From positions 20,956,001-21,020,000 of the forward strand of contig OX597830.1 in the NCBI GenBank assembly GCA_951406725.2: DNA of 64,000 nucleotides, read 5' to 3'. The stretch comes from Octopus vulgaris. Its lineage: Eukaryota. The notes beneath the pieces are model-generated. The model was not told the origin of the DNA. It saw only the letters and a list, made by a program, of their open reading frames with translations, and did no database searches. Below, in pieces: positions 13,336 to 25,407 of this stretch. A program made the translations under genes and the position numbers. Every line of letters starts with the position of its first letter. The stretch's first letter is position 1.

Positions 13336-13936
13336 GAGTATTTGACGAAGGGATCATTACGTGAACAGTTTACGGTTTGCATGAGGGCGCTATATAAATG
13401 ATGGGGGGTGGGGTGAATGGGAGAGGAGAGCGATTTGGGTTTTTTTTTGGGGGGGGGGTTGCTGGGTTTGGATTGGTGGCAAATCGATTACTTCGACTGT
13501 GCATGGGAACTTGTTTTATCGACCGCAAGAGGTCGAAAGGCAAAGCTGACTCCGGCGGGATTTGAACTCAGAACGTAACGTAAAGGTGGGAACTGGAGGT
13601 GTCCACTAACCATTTACTGTCATTATTAAAGGCGGTGAGTTGTTTGTTGAGTACTGGGGTTGGGGTGGGGGTCGATATAATCGATAATCCCTTTCCCAAA
13701 CATTTCACGCTTTGTGCTTAAAGTAAAAAAGATTGTTAAAGGCAAGCGAGCTGGCAGAATCGTTAGCGCGCCGGACAAAATGCTTAGCGGCATTTCGTCC
13801 GTCTTCACGTTTTGATTTCAAATTTCCGCCTTGGTCGAGATTGCCGTTCATCCTTTCGGGTTCGTATTACTACGACTACCAAGACCACCAACTTCTTGAC
13901 CATTTTCGTGCTATCCACTTCAATGACACCTTACAT

Positions 13937-14001
13937 TTTCTTCTTCTTCTTCTTCTTCTTCTTCTTCTTCTTCTTCTTCTTCTTCTTCTTCTTCTTCTTC
14001 T

Positions 14002-14057
<56 letters not shown>

Positions 14058-14150
14058 TTCTTCTTCTTCTTCTTCTTCTTCTTCTTCGTCTTCGTCTTCT
14101 TCTTCGTCTTCTTGTTCTTCTTTTTCTTCTTCGTCTTCATCTTGTTCTTC
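13937..14150. repeat. Compound (TTC)n(GTC)n(TTC)n trinucleotide repeat
   Basis: Direct inspection; source of the poly-E/D, poly-K and poly-L/R ORF artefacts. Confidence 0.95.
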
Positions 14151-14210
14151 TAGGATCACCTAATTCTTGCCATATTCATGCTGCCCTCTTGAATGGCACT
14201 ACATTTTGTT

Positions 14211-14274
<64 letters not shown>

Positions 14275-14953
14275 GTTCCGTTCTGCATCTCTCCTTACCT
14301 GCCCCCTCTGACGCCCCAACACTCCATTTTCCACCACCGTCAGGCAAATTCTACGACCAAGCGTTGTTATCACCAACCTTCCAACAGAAAAACAAACCCT
14401 TTATAATCGACCACAGCAACACTGCAGCCAACACCAACACCAGCACCAGCACCACCGCCGCCACCAACTTCACACACCTCTACACTAACACTACTACCTC
14501 CACCACCACCACCACCACCACCACCACCACTACAACCACCACCGCCGCCGCCGCCACCACCACCATCATTGCAACTATTACCATTATCACCCAGCTTTAA
14601 AATCGGTGAGATAAGGGGGAAAAAAAAAAAACCAAACAAAAACAAACAAAAACCCCAGGAACTGTCCTATCCTGTCCTGTCCCATATCTCACCTTAACCT
14701 TTTAAAACGAGGAAAGAAAAGAAAGAAAATGGCGGTGGGGGGGGCGGAAAAAAAAGGGGGTCTTTTGCACCGCATCACAGTTGTACACCCCACCTGCCTG
14801 CCTGCCATTTTCTAGTAATAACTATTGCTTCTAAACAACACCACACGATCTCTAATCTGTACTACTACCGCCGCCGCCGCCGCCACTATCACCACTTACC
14901 TTCAATACCATCGTTGTCTTCAGTCAGTAACAAAAACAACAACAACAATAATG

Positions 14954-14984
<31 letters not shown>

Positions 14985-16306
14985 TAATAATAATAATCTA
15001 ACTGCCGTCTCTACCACCACCAACCATTACCTTCCTTGTTGTCATTAACATTATCTTTTCACCTCCATGTTGTTATCTTGGGCTCAGTGGTGACCCACCA
15101 CCTCTGCTTCCAATACTATATTGAACATTGTTGTTCTCTACCATCGCTGTTACCATCACACCGCGATCATCATCATCATCAGCATCACAATCATCATCAT
15201 CATCATTATCACCATCATCATCATCTTCATCATCATCATCATCATCATCATCTCCTTTGCTGTTGGGATCAATCTACACAATACCATCGCCGCCACCACC
15301 ATTGACACTAACGCCATCGACATAACGTCATGGCTTCTGGATTTTACCATCATCATCATCATCATCATCATCGTCGTCGTCGTCACTGTGACTATCATCA
15401 CCATCACCACTACCATCACCATCACTAACCATCATAATAACTACTACTACTATCACCCACCACTACCACTGTTTCTATGCTACTATATTGTCGTGGTTTT
15501 AATCACCACCCCCACCACCACCACCACTACTATCACCATCACCACCACCACCACCACTATCGCTATTATCACCACCACCTCCACTCCCCACTCTCACCAA
15601 ACTCGGTAGTGTTCTACCCCCACCTCACCCCCCGGTCTCTGCCAGTCGCCTTCCTACCTCCCCCTACTCCCACCTATCCGACTCCTCCAGTGAGGCTCAC
15701 ACCGACGCAGGCGTCACAACCGGCATCACCACCTTTATCAATAACGTCTCCTGTGTTCGTCACCCATGACTGGCTACGCTATCCCCCCTCCCCCATCCAC
15801 CTCCACTTCCCAAGTCCCTGATATTCACCGTATTTCCTCCCCACCTACACACCCACCCACCCAACCTCCACCGTTATCGTTTTTAAGCGTGACAGCTTCC
15901 CTTGTCACCGTTGTGGTGCCTCGCCGTTCAATAGTGTGCCGCTGCAGCAGTAGTAGTAGTAGTAGTAGTAGTAGCAGTAGTAGTAGTAGTAGTACACCGA
16001 TTTTGTTTTTGTTTTTACCTTGCATCGATACTAAAACACCTCCACTACCACCATTGCATCAGCGCCAGCATTATCATCATCATCATTATCACCACCTCCA
16101 CCATCATCACCGTCTCCTCAACACCACCGCCGCCGCACTAATATAATTCATACCCACCATTACCAACCACCATTGTCACCTTCACCACCTCCACCATCAT
16201 TACTATCACCAGTGCCACCATCGCTGCCTCGGCACCATACCACCATACTTACTGTGCGACACCAACACTACAACCATTGTCGTACCATCACTGCCTTCAT
16301 ACTACC

Positions 16307-16731
16307 TATTTCTTTACTACCCACAAGGGGCTAAACACAGAGGGGACAAACAAGGACTGACAAAGGGATTAAGTCGATTACATCGACTCCACTGCGTAAC
16401 TGGTACTTAATTTATCGACCCCGAAAGTATGAAAGGCAAAGTCAACCTCGGCGGAATTTGAACTCAGAACGTAACGGCAGACGGAATACTTATTTCTATT
16501 TTTTTACTACCCACAAGGGTCTAAACATAGAGGGGACAAACAAGGACAGACAAAGGAATTAAGTCGATTACATCGACCCCAGTGCGTAACTGGTACTTAT
16601 TTAATCGACCCCGAAAGGATGAAAGGCAAAGTCGACCTCGGCTGAATTTGAACTCAGAACGTAACGGCAGACGAAATACGGCTACGCATTTCGCCCGGCG
16701 TGCTAACGTTTCTGCCAAGTCGCCGCCTTAA
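16307..16731 (-). mobile_element. Dimeric SINE family C with target-site duplication ATACTACC
   Basis: One monomer with full head plus one 5'-truncated monomer; ATACTACC at 16299-16306 and 16732-16739. Confidence 0.85.
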
Positions 16732-16916
16732 ATACTACCACTGTCATACCATTATCACTACCATGCACTCAACACCACCACCACCATCCTTACCTCTACA
16801 CTACCACCACGACTCTGATATCACTGCTAGGAACCCAACGCCAGTGTTACATCACCCCCATCACAACCACTACCCCACCATGAATGCTCTGAACTTCTCG
16901 CACCTGACTTCTAAAT

Positions 16917-17150
16917 CAGTGGTTCTCGTCCATTTTTTAATTTTATTTGTGGACCCCTTTGATTTCTGTTTTTCTCCATAGCCATTCGATGTTTATAGAA
17001 ACACCATATTGCATTTTTATACTTAAATATTATTAAGAATTGTATTTAAAAAAAATTGTTAAAATATTGTTTGTACTGTAGAATTATAACCAATTTATTA
17101 CGCAAAAAATTTGGCTGTAAAATCTTATATGGAACCCTGTGGGAAACTAT
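16917..17150. mobile_element. hAT-like MITE remnant
   Basis: CAGTGGTTCTC start after TTCTAAAT; GGACCCCTTTGATT body shared with 57532-58117. Confidence 0.55.
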
Positions 17151-17329
17151 TATTCTAAATGTTTCACTTCTTATCATACCTCTGAGCTCCACCCCTTTAA
17201 ACATTCATTGGATTAGAATCACTTCTTGTATTAATCCACGGACGGGTTTATTCCAAGGAAGAAATTATTAGGGCATAACACAAGGGTTAGAAATATATAT
17301 ACTTTATACTGTAGGACTAACCCCTGAGG

Positions 17330-17500
17330 AAAGGGGTTAGTCCAATTCATCGATTCCTGTACTTCATAGGTACTTATTTCATCGACCCCGAAAGGATGAA
17401 AGACAAAATCGACCTCGGAGGAATTTGAACGCAGAACGTAAAGACAGATGAAATATCGCTAAGCGTTTTTCTCGGCGTGCTAACGATTCTGCCAGCTCAT
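17330..17500 (-). mobile_element. SINE family C monomer
   Basis: TCGACCCCGAAAGGATGAAAG...GCGTGCTAACGATTCTGCCAGCTC. Confidence 0.8.
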
Positions 17501-17729
17501 CTTTTTTATTGCTGAAGACATGCATATTTCTGGGTCTTGCCCGTCATCAGTCCAGGGTAGCGAGTCCAGAGAAAGTTCTTATTTGTATGAAAGAAACGGA
17601 TTTAAATTAATTTAGATAAAATATTTAGGTCAGAAAATATTATTTTCCCCACCAATATGCAATAAAAGTTTCATAGGTACGATAAACTCTTGGAAGGATC
17701 TACGAGAAAATATTATTCAAATTGTTTTA

Positions 17730-18070
17730 CCTGTCTTGCGGTCATGCTGGAGCACCGCCTTCAACGAATTTTATTGAAACAAATCAACGATACTAATTTT
17801 TGTTATTAAGCCTGGTACTTATTTTTATCGGGGACGTAATGAAACCGACACCGGTTACCAAGTGGTGAGTATGCGTGTAACGAACAAACACGCACCCACA
17901 AACACACACACACACGATGGGTTTCTGCATTGTTTCCAACTACCAGATTCACTCACAAGGCATTAATCGACTAAAAGAAAAGGCACTTACCCAAAGTGCC
18001 GCGCGCTGAGGACCGAAAGCGGAACTACATGGTTGCAAAGCAAGGTTCTTGACCACACAGCCATGCCTGG
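17730..18070 (-). mobile_element. SINE family A, diverged
   Basis: CATGCTGGAGCACCGCC...ACCACACAGCCATGCC. Confidence 0.75.
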
Positions 18071-18274
18071 CCTTATGTGTGTTTTAATTTAACGAATTAA
18101 TTTTTAAAATATTCGATAAGAGATAAAGTAATGAGCCCATTTAATTGACGTATGTCGTGTGATAAAAATGATTATACCGTTGGACAGAGCGATATTAATT
18201 AAATAATTATGTAATTATATTCTTCAACAAAACCCATGGGATTTCCTAGAATATATATATATATATACACACAA

Positions 18275-18388
18275 TTCCAGGTTCAGTCACACTGCGTGGC
18301 ACCTTGGCCAGGTGTCTTCTACTATAGCCCCGGGTCGACCAAAGCCTTCTGAGTGGATTTGCTAGATGGAAACTGAAAGAAGCCCGTC

Positions 18389-18428
<40 letters not shown>

Positions 18429-18692
18429 GGAAGGAGAGAGGAGAGAGAGATAGATACGTATATATATATATTTATGTATGTGTGTCTATCTTTGTACCTC
18501 TACCCACCCACCGCTTGACAGCGGTGTTTGTGTGTCTCCGTCTGAATAGCATAGCGGTTCGGCAAAAGGAGATCGATAGAATAAGTACTAGCCTAAAACA
18601 AAAAAGGTCCTGACGTCGATGTGTTCGACCAAAACACTTCAAGGCGGTGCTCCAGTATGGCCGCACTCAAATGACTGCGGCAAATAAAAGAG
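18275..18692 (+). mobile_element. SINE family A, 5'-truncated
   Basis: Colinear with 366-781 from the B box onward. Confidence 0.85.
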
Positions 18693-19133
18693 TGTCCCGT
18701 TCACGTTCGGATAAGACGCCATCAGAAATGAAACCGTCATTTTAAACGAATATTATTTATCGACGAGAAAAATAGAAAAATAGATGTAAAATCGATATTT
18801 TATTATTATTTTTTTTTGTTCCTCCACTGTAATTTCTGTTGATTAAGTAATTGATGAGTTTCTTCCTCGTTGCTATTCTTGAGATCTGCTGTACGTGTGT
18901 GTCTAGGTATGCGCGCGTGTATGTGTATATGGGTATACGTATGTTAGTACGCATGTATGTGTGTGTCGTATGCCTTTTTTTTTTACGTAGGTGTATGTGA
19001 GTGTATAAATATGCATGCGTAACATATGCAGAGATACATACATACATACATATATTCATACTTACATACATGTTTATATGTGTACAAGATATATATATAT
19101 GTGTGTGTGTGTGTACATTTGTACATAGTACAC

Positions 19134-19168
<35 letters not shown>

Positions 19169-19342
19169 ATATATATATGGGTACAGGACGTCACCAACAG
19201 TAAACAACATGAAATACGAAAACAAATGGAAAACAGGACAAGTAACATGAAGTACGACCCTTCATCAGTTGTCGGCTGTCTCTCTACTTCTCATTTCCAT
19301 CATGTGTGTGTATGTGTATATGTAATTATATATATATATATA

Positions 19343-19396
<54 letters not shown>

Positions 19397-19401
<5 letters not shown>

Positions 19402-19575
19402 AGAATCCCCCTCCCCTAAAAAAAAAGACGAAGACAGGTGGTGTACAAAACGAACAGATGTATTAGTATAACGCTCGGGAAGTGCAACGTCTTTAACGTT
19501 TCGAGCCTACGCTCTTCCACAGAAAGAAACAAGGAGAGAAAATATAGAACGTGTAGTGGCTAGCGATCTATCATA
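19397..19575 (-). mobile_element. Penelope-like terminal-repeat fragment in (TA)n containing a minimal hammerhead motif
   Basis: Homologous to 21697-21885 in opposite orientation; hammerhead-like motif at 19490-19527. Confidence 0.7.
19490..19527 (-). ncRNA. Minimal type I hammerhead ribozyme-like motif (A6U core variant)
   Basis: Minus strand TCTTT-CTGTGGA-A-GAGC-GTAG-GCTC-GAAAC-GTT-AAAGA: stem I TCTTT/AAAGA, stem II GAGC/GCTC, palindromic stem III, NUH site GTT. Confidence 0.6.
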
Positions 19576-19576
19576 T

Positions 19577-19622
<46 letters not shown>

Positions 19623-19801
19623 GATCGCTTTCTCATTGTGTTCAACGTGTTTTTGATGTCCTGTACCCATATATGCATGTATATAAACATATATAAGTAG
19701 GTATGTGCATATATGTATATATGCATATATTTACATATTATTTATATTATTATATGATCGAATGCCACGCATCCTTTTCCAAGTAAGTTATATATATATA
19801 T

Positions 19802-19853
<52 letters not shown>

Positions 19854-20230
19854 GTTGATAGATAGATAGATAGTTGCGTATATATACATGTATGTATACG
19901 AGTGTGTGCCATGCACACACACATCCACTAGGTATGTATTCTCTATTTTCTAACTCCAAAGCAATATGAGTGTGTGTTTATTCATACAAACGTGTGTGTG
20001 TGTGTACGAACACACAGTGTATTTACATATATATATATACACACACAGCAGGGCTTTGAAGTATTATAAAATATACTACTTTAACAATTGGCACGAGAGC
20101 ACGAAGAAAACTTAGTAGGGGCCAGGTGTGTGTATATGGTGTACATGTGTGTATATATATATGTGTGTGTGTGTGTGTGTATGTACGCGCGCGCCGGGGC
20201 CGACTGCTTGTCAGCTGCACACCGTCTTAC

Positions 20231-20638
20231 CTTTCTTTCGTTTAAAGATCGGTGGCGGAGGCGAGTATCGGGTGCGGGGTGGGGGTGGGGTGGCAAACGT
20301 GTATTGTTATTTTGTGTTGTGTTTCTCCCCCCCACCCTCAGTCCATTCCCTCCCTCTCTCACCCTCGCTTCTTCTTCACCTTTTGGTCCCCTGTTTGGTC
20401 TGTGGTGGTGGTGGCGGTGGCGGCGGTGGTGGTGATTGTGGTTTTTGGGAGCGGCGAGGCGCGGTGCGAGAGGTAGGTGAGATGTCGTTCTTACTGTTGT
20501 TGATGTTGTTGGTGGTGGTGGTTGTGGTGACGCTGTTGCTGCTGCTGATGATGGCAAAGGTGAGAGTGGTGGTGGTGATGATGATGGTGGTGGTGGTGGT
20601 GGTGTTGATGGTGGTAATGGAGGATTATGTGTGGACAT
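20231..20638 (-). CDS. Candidate first coding exon (136 codons, Pro/Ser/His-rich), product unrecognised
   Basis: GCC-ATG at 20638; open frame MSTHNPPLPP...DTRLRHRSLNERK ending exactly at donor AAG|GTAAGA (phase 0); CpG-rich surroundings. No homology recognised and much of it is (CCA)n. Confidence 0.3.
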
Positions 20639-20715
20639 GGCCAGCCCATTCCGCCCGTCAGGTGAGAAGAGGGAAGACCACAATTTGCTCTCTCTCTCTC
20701 TCTGTAAAGAGTCGG

Positions 20716-20756
<41 letters not shown>

Positions 20757-20939
20757 CGCGCACGCGAATCAAACACAATCGCACACACACACGAAGGAAT
20801 GGGGGGAGGTGTATAATTATGATTTGTAAAAAGCAAGGGGTGTTGTCAAATATATTGTTTAGTTGTGGCGTGTGTTTGTTGGAGGTGGGGGTGAGGAAAG
20901 GGGGGCATTATTAGCATGTGTGGTAGAGTGATAGGTGGG

Positions 20940-21050
20940 TGGTGACTGGGTGGATCGGACGACACGAGCGGCAGTGATAGTGGACACGTGCCCCCCTTAA
21001 CTGACGGTCATCTGGTCAGTTGAAGATACACGCGTTGTGACGGTTAGTCT
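20940..21050. promoter_or_regulatory. CpG-rich unique island with E-boxes, candidate promoter or enhancer
   Basis: CACGTG, CATCTG and CAGTTG within about 40 bp, several CpGs, upstream of the minus-strand exon candidate. Confidence 0.25.
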
Positions 21051-21107
21051 AATATGTATGTGTGTGTATGTCTATATGTGTATATATATATATATATATA
21101 TACACAC

Positions 21108-21152
<45 letters not shown>

Positions 21153-21285
21153 CATACATATATATTATACACACACACGTGTATGAATGTATATAAATGA
21201 ACGTCCCATTATAACTACTGGTTCATACTTTCAGATGTTCAGGCACATTCTCACGTGTGTCTATATATATATATGTATATATATT

Positions 21286-21332
<47 letters not shown>

Positions 21333-21696
21333 GTCTGTCTGTCTCTCTGTCTATCTGTCTGTGTATCTTTCTATCTATCATAATGTGTGTGTCTATGCAT
21401 GTAAATATATAAGTGTATGCTTATAGACATAAATATGTGTAGATATCTGTCTGAACACGTGCTTTTGTGCGTATGCGCGCGCACGTCTGTGTGATTATGT
21501 GTTACGGAGCCAACAGGATGCAATCGGATACCACATCCCAGGATATCTATGCAGTAGAAACACGTGTCGGACAGAGATTTAAAGTGCATATATTGTATAT
21601 GAAAGTGTAATAAACTAGCTTTATGGATGTAAATTTTCTCCATTCTTATTTTAACGTATTGTGTGTATGTATTATGTATGTGTTTGTATATATACG

Positions 21697-21881
21697 CCAT
21701 GATAGATCGTTAGCTCCTACACGCATTTTTTCTCTCCTTGTTTTTTTCTGTCTATCTTTCTGTCGAAGAGCGTAGGCTCGAAACGTAAAAGACTTTTTCT
21801 ATTCCTGAGCGCTATACTAATACATTTGTTTGTTTGTACTTCACCCGCCTTCGTCTTTTGTTTATTTTCGTAAACTTTCCC

Positions 21882-21885
<4 letters not shown>
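21697..21885 (+). mobile_element. Penelope-like terminal-repeat fragment in (TA)n containing a minimal hammerhead motif
   Basis: Homologous to 19397-19575. Confidence 0.7.
21755..21792 (+). ncRNA. Minimal type I hammerhead ribozyme-like motif (A6U core variant)
   Basis: TCTTT-CTGTCGA-A-GAGC-GTAG-GCTC-GAAAC-GTA-AAAGA. Confidence 0.6.
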
Positions 21886-21925
<40 letters not shown>

Positions 21926-22294
21926 CATACATACGCACAAGCAATAATGGGCTTTGCATATTTCTTTATTTGTGCGCGGACTCGGAAGATGGTAGTATTC
22001 GTTATGGCCATTCAATCTTTTTTTCAATCGGTCAGTCGACCGACTGAGTAAACAGAATTTGGAACGTTCTTATAATCGGTATCAAAAACAACTGTAAGTC
22101 CAAGGTGCACGAATGAAGAAATATGTAAATCCCGTTGTTTATGTAATTTTCTAGTATATTACTCTGTAAAAAAACCCATCTTAACTGGGGAATGTAACCA
22201 TGGATTTGCGAAGTCGACAGGTGATGGATTTCAACTTCAGATCTTGTTTTAGGATTACCTGGAGGTTTGTACCGATCTAAATTTGCCCGGATTG

Positions 22295-22640
22295 ATAATC
22301 ACATGGTTCTGGGTTCAGTTCCACTGCGTGGCACCTTGGCCAAGTGTCTTCTACTATAGCCTTGTGAGTAGACGGAAACTGAAAGCCCGTCGTATACATA
22401 CATACATACATATATATATATGTCTGTGTGTGTGTGTGTGTGAGTTTGTCTCCCCAACATTGCTTGACAACCGATGCTGGTATGTTTACGTCACCGTAAC
22501 CTAGCGGTTCGACAAAGAGACCGATAGAATAAGAAGTACTAGGCTTTAAAAAAATAAGTCCTGGGGGTCGATTTGCTCGACTAAAGTCGGTGCTTTAGCA
22601 TGGCCGCAGTCAACTGACTGAAACAAATGAAAGAAATAAT
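22295..22640 (+). mobile_element. SINE family A
   Basis: Colinear with 366-781, with a small internal deletion. Confidence 0.85.
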
Positions 22641-23356
22641 GAATGAAAATCGATAAGATTCGACGAAATACATCATCTCGTCCGAAGACACTTCATGACT
22701 CTGAAGTGTTTCTGAAATATCTTCGGACGATGCCAAATGTATTTTGTTGGTTTTTTGGGAGGTAAATTGCAGAAACTCCGTCGTATCTATCTATGTATGC
22801 GTTTAGGTGTAACACGAAAACCAAGTATTGAAAGCGTGTTGGACGATCTATGAAGTGTTGTGTAATTTTTGGCCATGTAAATGTAGGGCAATATGTTGAA
22901 AGATACCGTTCTTTCTTAGCCTCATGTCCTTCCTTTTTCACTTGTTCAAGACAAATTGGTATGATCTCGATCTCTCTCTAGGACGGGGTTTATCACATAA
23001 ACAAAATGCGGTGTATGTGATACGTTAGAATCCAAACCCAGAAGCCTTCATTTTGTATTTCCAAAAAAGTATATGTGCTTAAGGGTACGACTTTGTATTG
23101 GGAATTCAGGGTACCTTTTACTTTCTTCTTTCGGTCATTGGACCTCGGCTATGCTGGAACACCACCATAAAGGGTTTAGTCGAACAAATCGACCCCCAGT
23201 ATTTATGTTCTTTTTTTTTTTAACAGGGTGGCCCTTATGCTATCACCCTCTTTTCACGAACGCCTAACTTATGAGAATGTAAACTAACTAATACCGGTTG
23301 TCAAGATTCTGCAGACTTCGCTTCACAATTATAAATTAAGCACTCGCATGCATTTG

Positions 23357-23407
<51 letters not shown>

Positions 23408-23566
23408 CACACACACACGCACGCACACACACGCACACACACACACACACAGAGTAATTCCTCGCCACATCGCGGTTTATTATTTAAGCTTACGTCGATT
23501 CCCCCGTGGTGTTGTTTTGCATTTATAATAAAGAAAATATATATAAATTATAAAGATAATAATAAA

Positions 23567-23932
23567 ACAAGAGCACTCAGGGACCACAAACCTCTGCCAA
23601 GGCATCACCAACGCCATCTCAACGATTAGCCGGAGATGATTTTTGAAATAAGAATATCTGAAATAAACTCGACTGCTCTCGCAAACGAGAATACTAAAAA
23701 GAACCCGACCGCTCTCAAAAATTAAGTTTAAAAAAAAAAACCGAAGAATAATCCAGAATCCTTATCTGATACCGGATCGATCCCAAAATTTAATCAGTTC
23801 GTGCCAGTCACGATGCCAAACATCCCTGAAAGTTTCATCCGAATCCATTCAGCGGTTCTTGATATATCTTGTCCACGGACAAACAAACACAACTACAAAC
23901 AATACCTCCGCCTTCACTAAGGCGGAGGTAAA
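23567..23932 (+). mobile_element. Helentron-associated non-autonomous element (HINE/DINE-like)
   Basis: 5' ACAAGAGCACTCAG, sub-terminal ACCTCTGCCAAGG, AAGTTTCATCCGAATCC...ACGGACAAACAAAC body, and a 12-bp-stem terminal hairpin TACCTCCGCCTT-CACT-AAGGCGGAGGTA at 23903-23930. Confidence 0.65.
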
Positions 23933-24595
23933 AAACGTACAGTACGGTACTGTTTCTACTTCGCGGATTATCACTTACCCCGGGGTTTTAGAACGTAACA
24001 TCCGCAACAATCGAGGGATTACTGTGTATGTATGTATGTATGTTTATACACACACACACACATACCGAGATTCGGTAGTGCTTGTTGGATGTTAGTAAAA
24101 CAAATACCAACGATATACGGAGGTCGATACAATGGATGATGTATCTAAGACCTTTGTACGTAATAAATATGTAATATTTTCGTGTAGAGTTAACTTCCTC
24201 CAGGTGGGTTGAGTCTAACTTTGTGGTCCCCGATAACAATGTCGGACCAGTTAATCTTCAGTTCAGTTTGGTTGATTGAGAGAGAAGTGAAAGCGAGCGG
24301 AGCGAGGTTAAAAGAAGCACAACTTTTTTTTTTTAATTCGCTCAATATAGATGACAAATTTTTTTTAAAATCTTTATCCCGTGGACAACGTTTGGGTGTG
24401 TGTGTGTGTGCTTGTTTGTATGTATGTATGTATGTATGTACGAACAAGTTGTGATTGATATTATGTGTCTCTTTCCTTTCTGTGTATGTGTGTATTGTGG
24501 GATATGTTGGACAACTTAGTTCGTTCAATAATAATATTAATAATAATAATGATATATAAAGAAATAAGAACAACCATCCGCTCGTCTCCACTTCT

Positions 24596-24646
<51 letters not shown>

Positions 24647-25311
24647 CCATGACTTTTTTTCTCTTCAAATCTTTTTTACCTTTATCGCATCCTTTTTCAT
24701 TTTATCTCTCACACATTTTACTCACACACACACACACACACACATACAGATTCTTTTCAGTTACATCTTTTTTTTCTTTTTCTCCGACATCTCTTTATTT
24801 CTTCTGCGATATTTAGTTATTTATATAATTTATACATTTATTTTCCATCTATATTTTTTTCTATTATTCTACATCGCTTTTTATTTATTTATTTATTATT
24901 TTTTTTTTGCCGTTCGTTCATTTATTTATTTATTTATTTATTTATTTTCTTTCAAACATTTCTTTTCACAGCCTTTATTTTTTTTTTTCTTCTTCTTCTT
25001 CTTGGTTACATATTTTTCCGCAATTTTTTTATTATTATTTTTTTTTACCTCTCATTTCTTTTAACATCTCATATCTGTTCGTCGTCGTATTTTTTTTATT
25101 CCTGTTTTTTTTAATTATTTTTTTTATCTCTATATCTGTCGTTTTCTCTCTTTTCCTCCTCCTCATCCTCCTTCCCCCCACCACCTTTCTTTTATTATCC
25201 AATGCATTTTTTTTTTCTTATTCGTTTCTTTTTCTTTTTTCCCTCTGTCCCCGACACATTCACTCTAATACACATACAATATTTATTACATGCATTCAAA
25301 GATACACACAG

Positions 25312-25407
<96 letters not shown>

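Noticed and set aside
14299-14377. 79-nt minus-strand exon ending at CAG|GTAAGG as exon 2 of the 20231-20638 candidate
   Set aside because: In phase 0 it hits a stop after 8 codons, and the alternative acceptor lacks a pyrimidine tract; not listed as a feature.
17314-17343. Perfect 12-bp-stem hairpin GGACTAACCCCT-GAGGAA-AGGGGTTAGTCC resembling a terminator
   Set aside because: One arm is part of a SINE C tail; best explained as a local inversion, and rho-independent terminators are irrelevant in this eukaryotic context.
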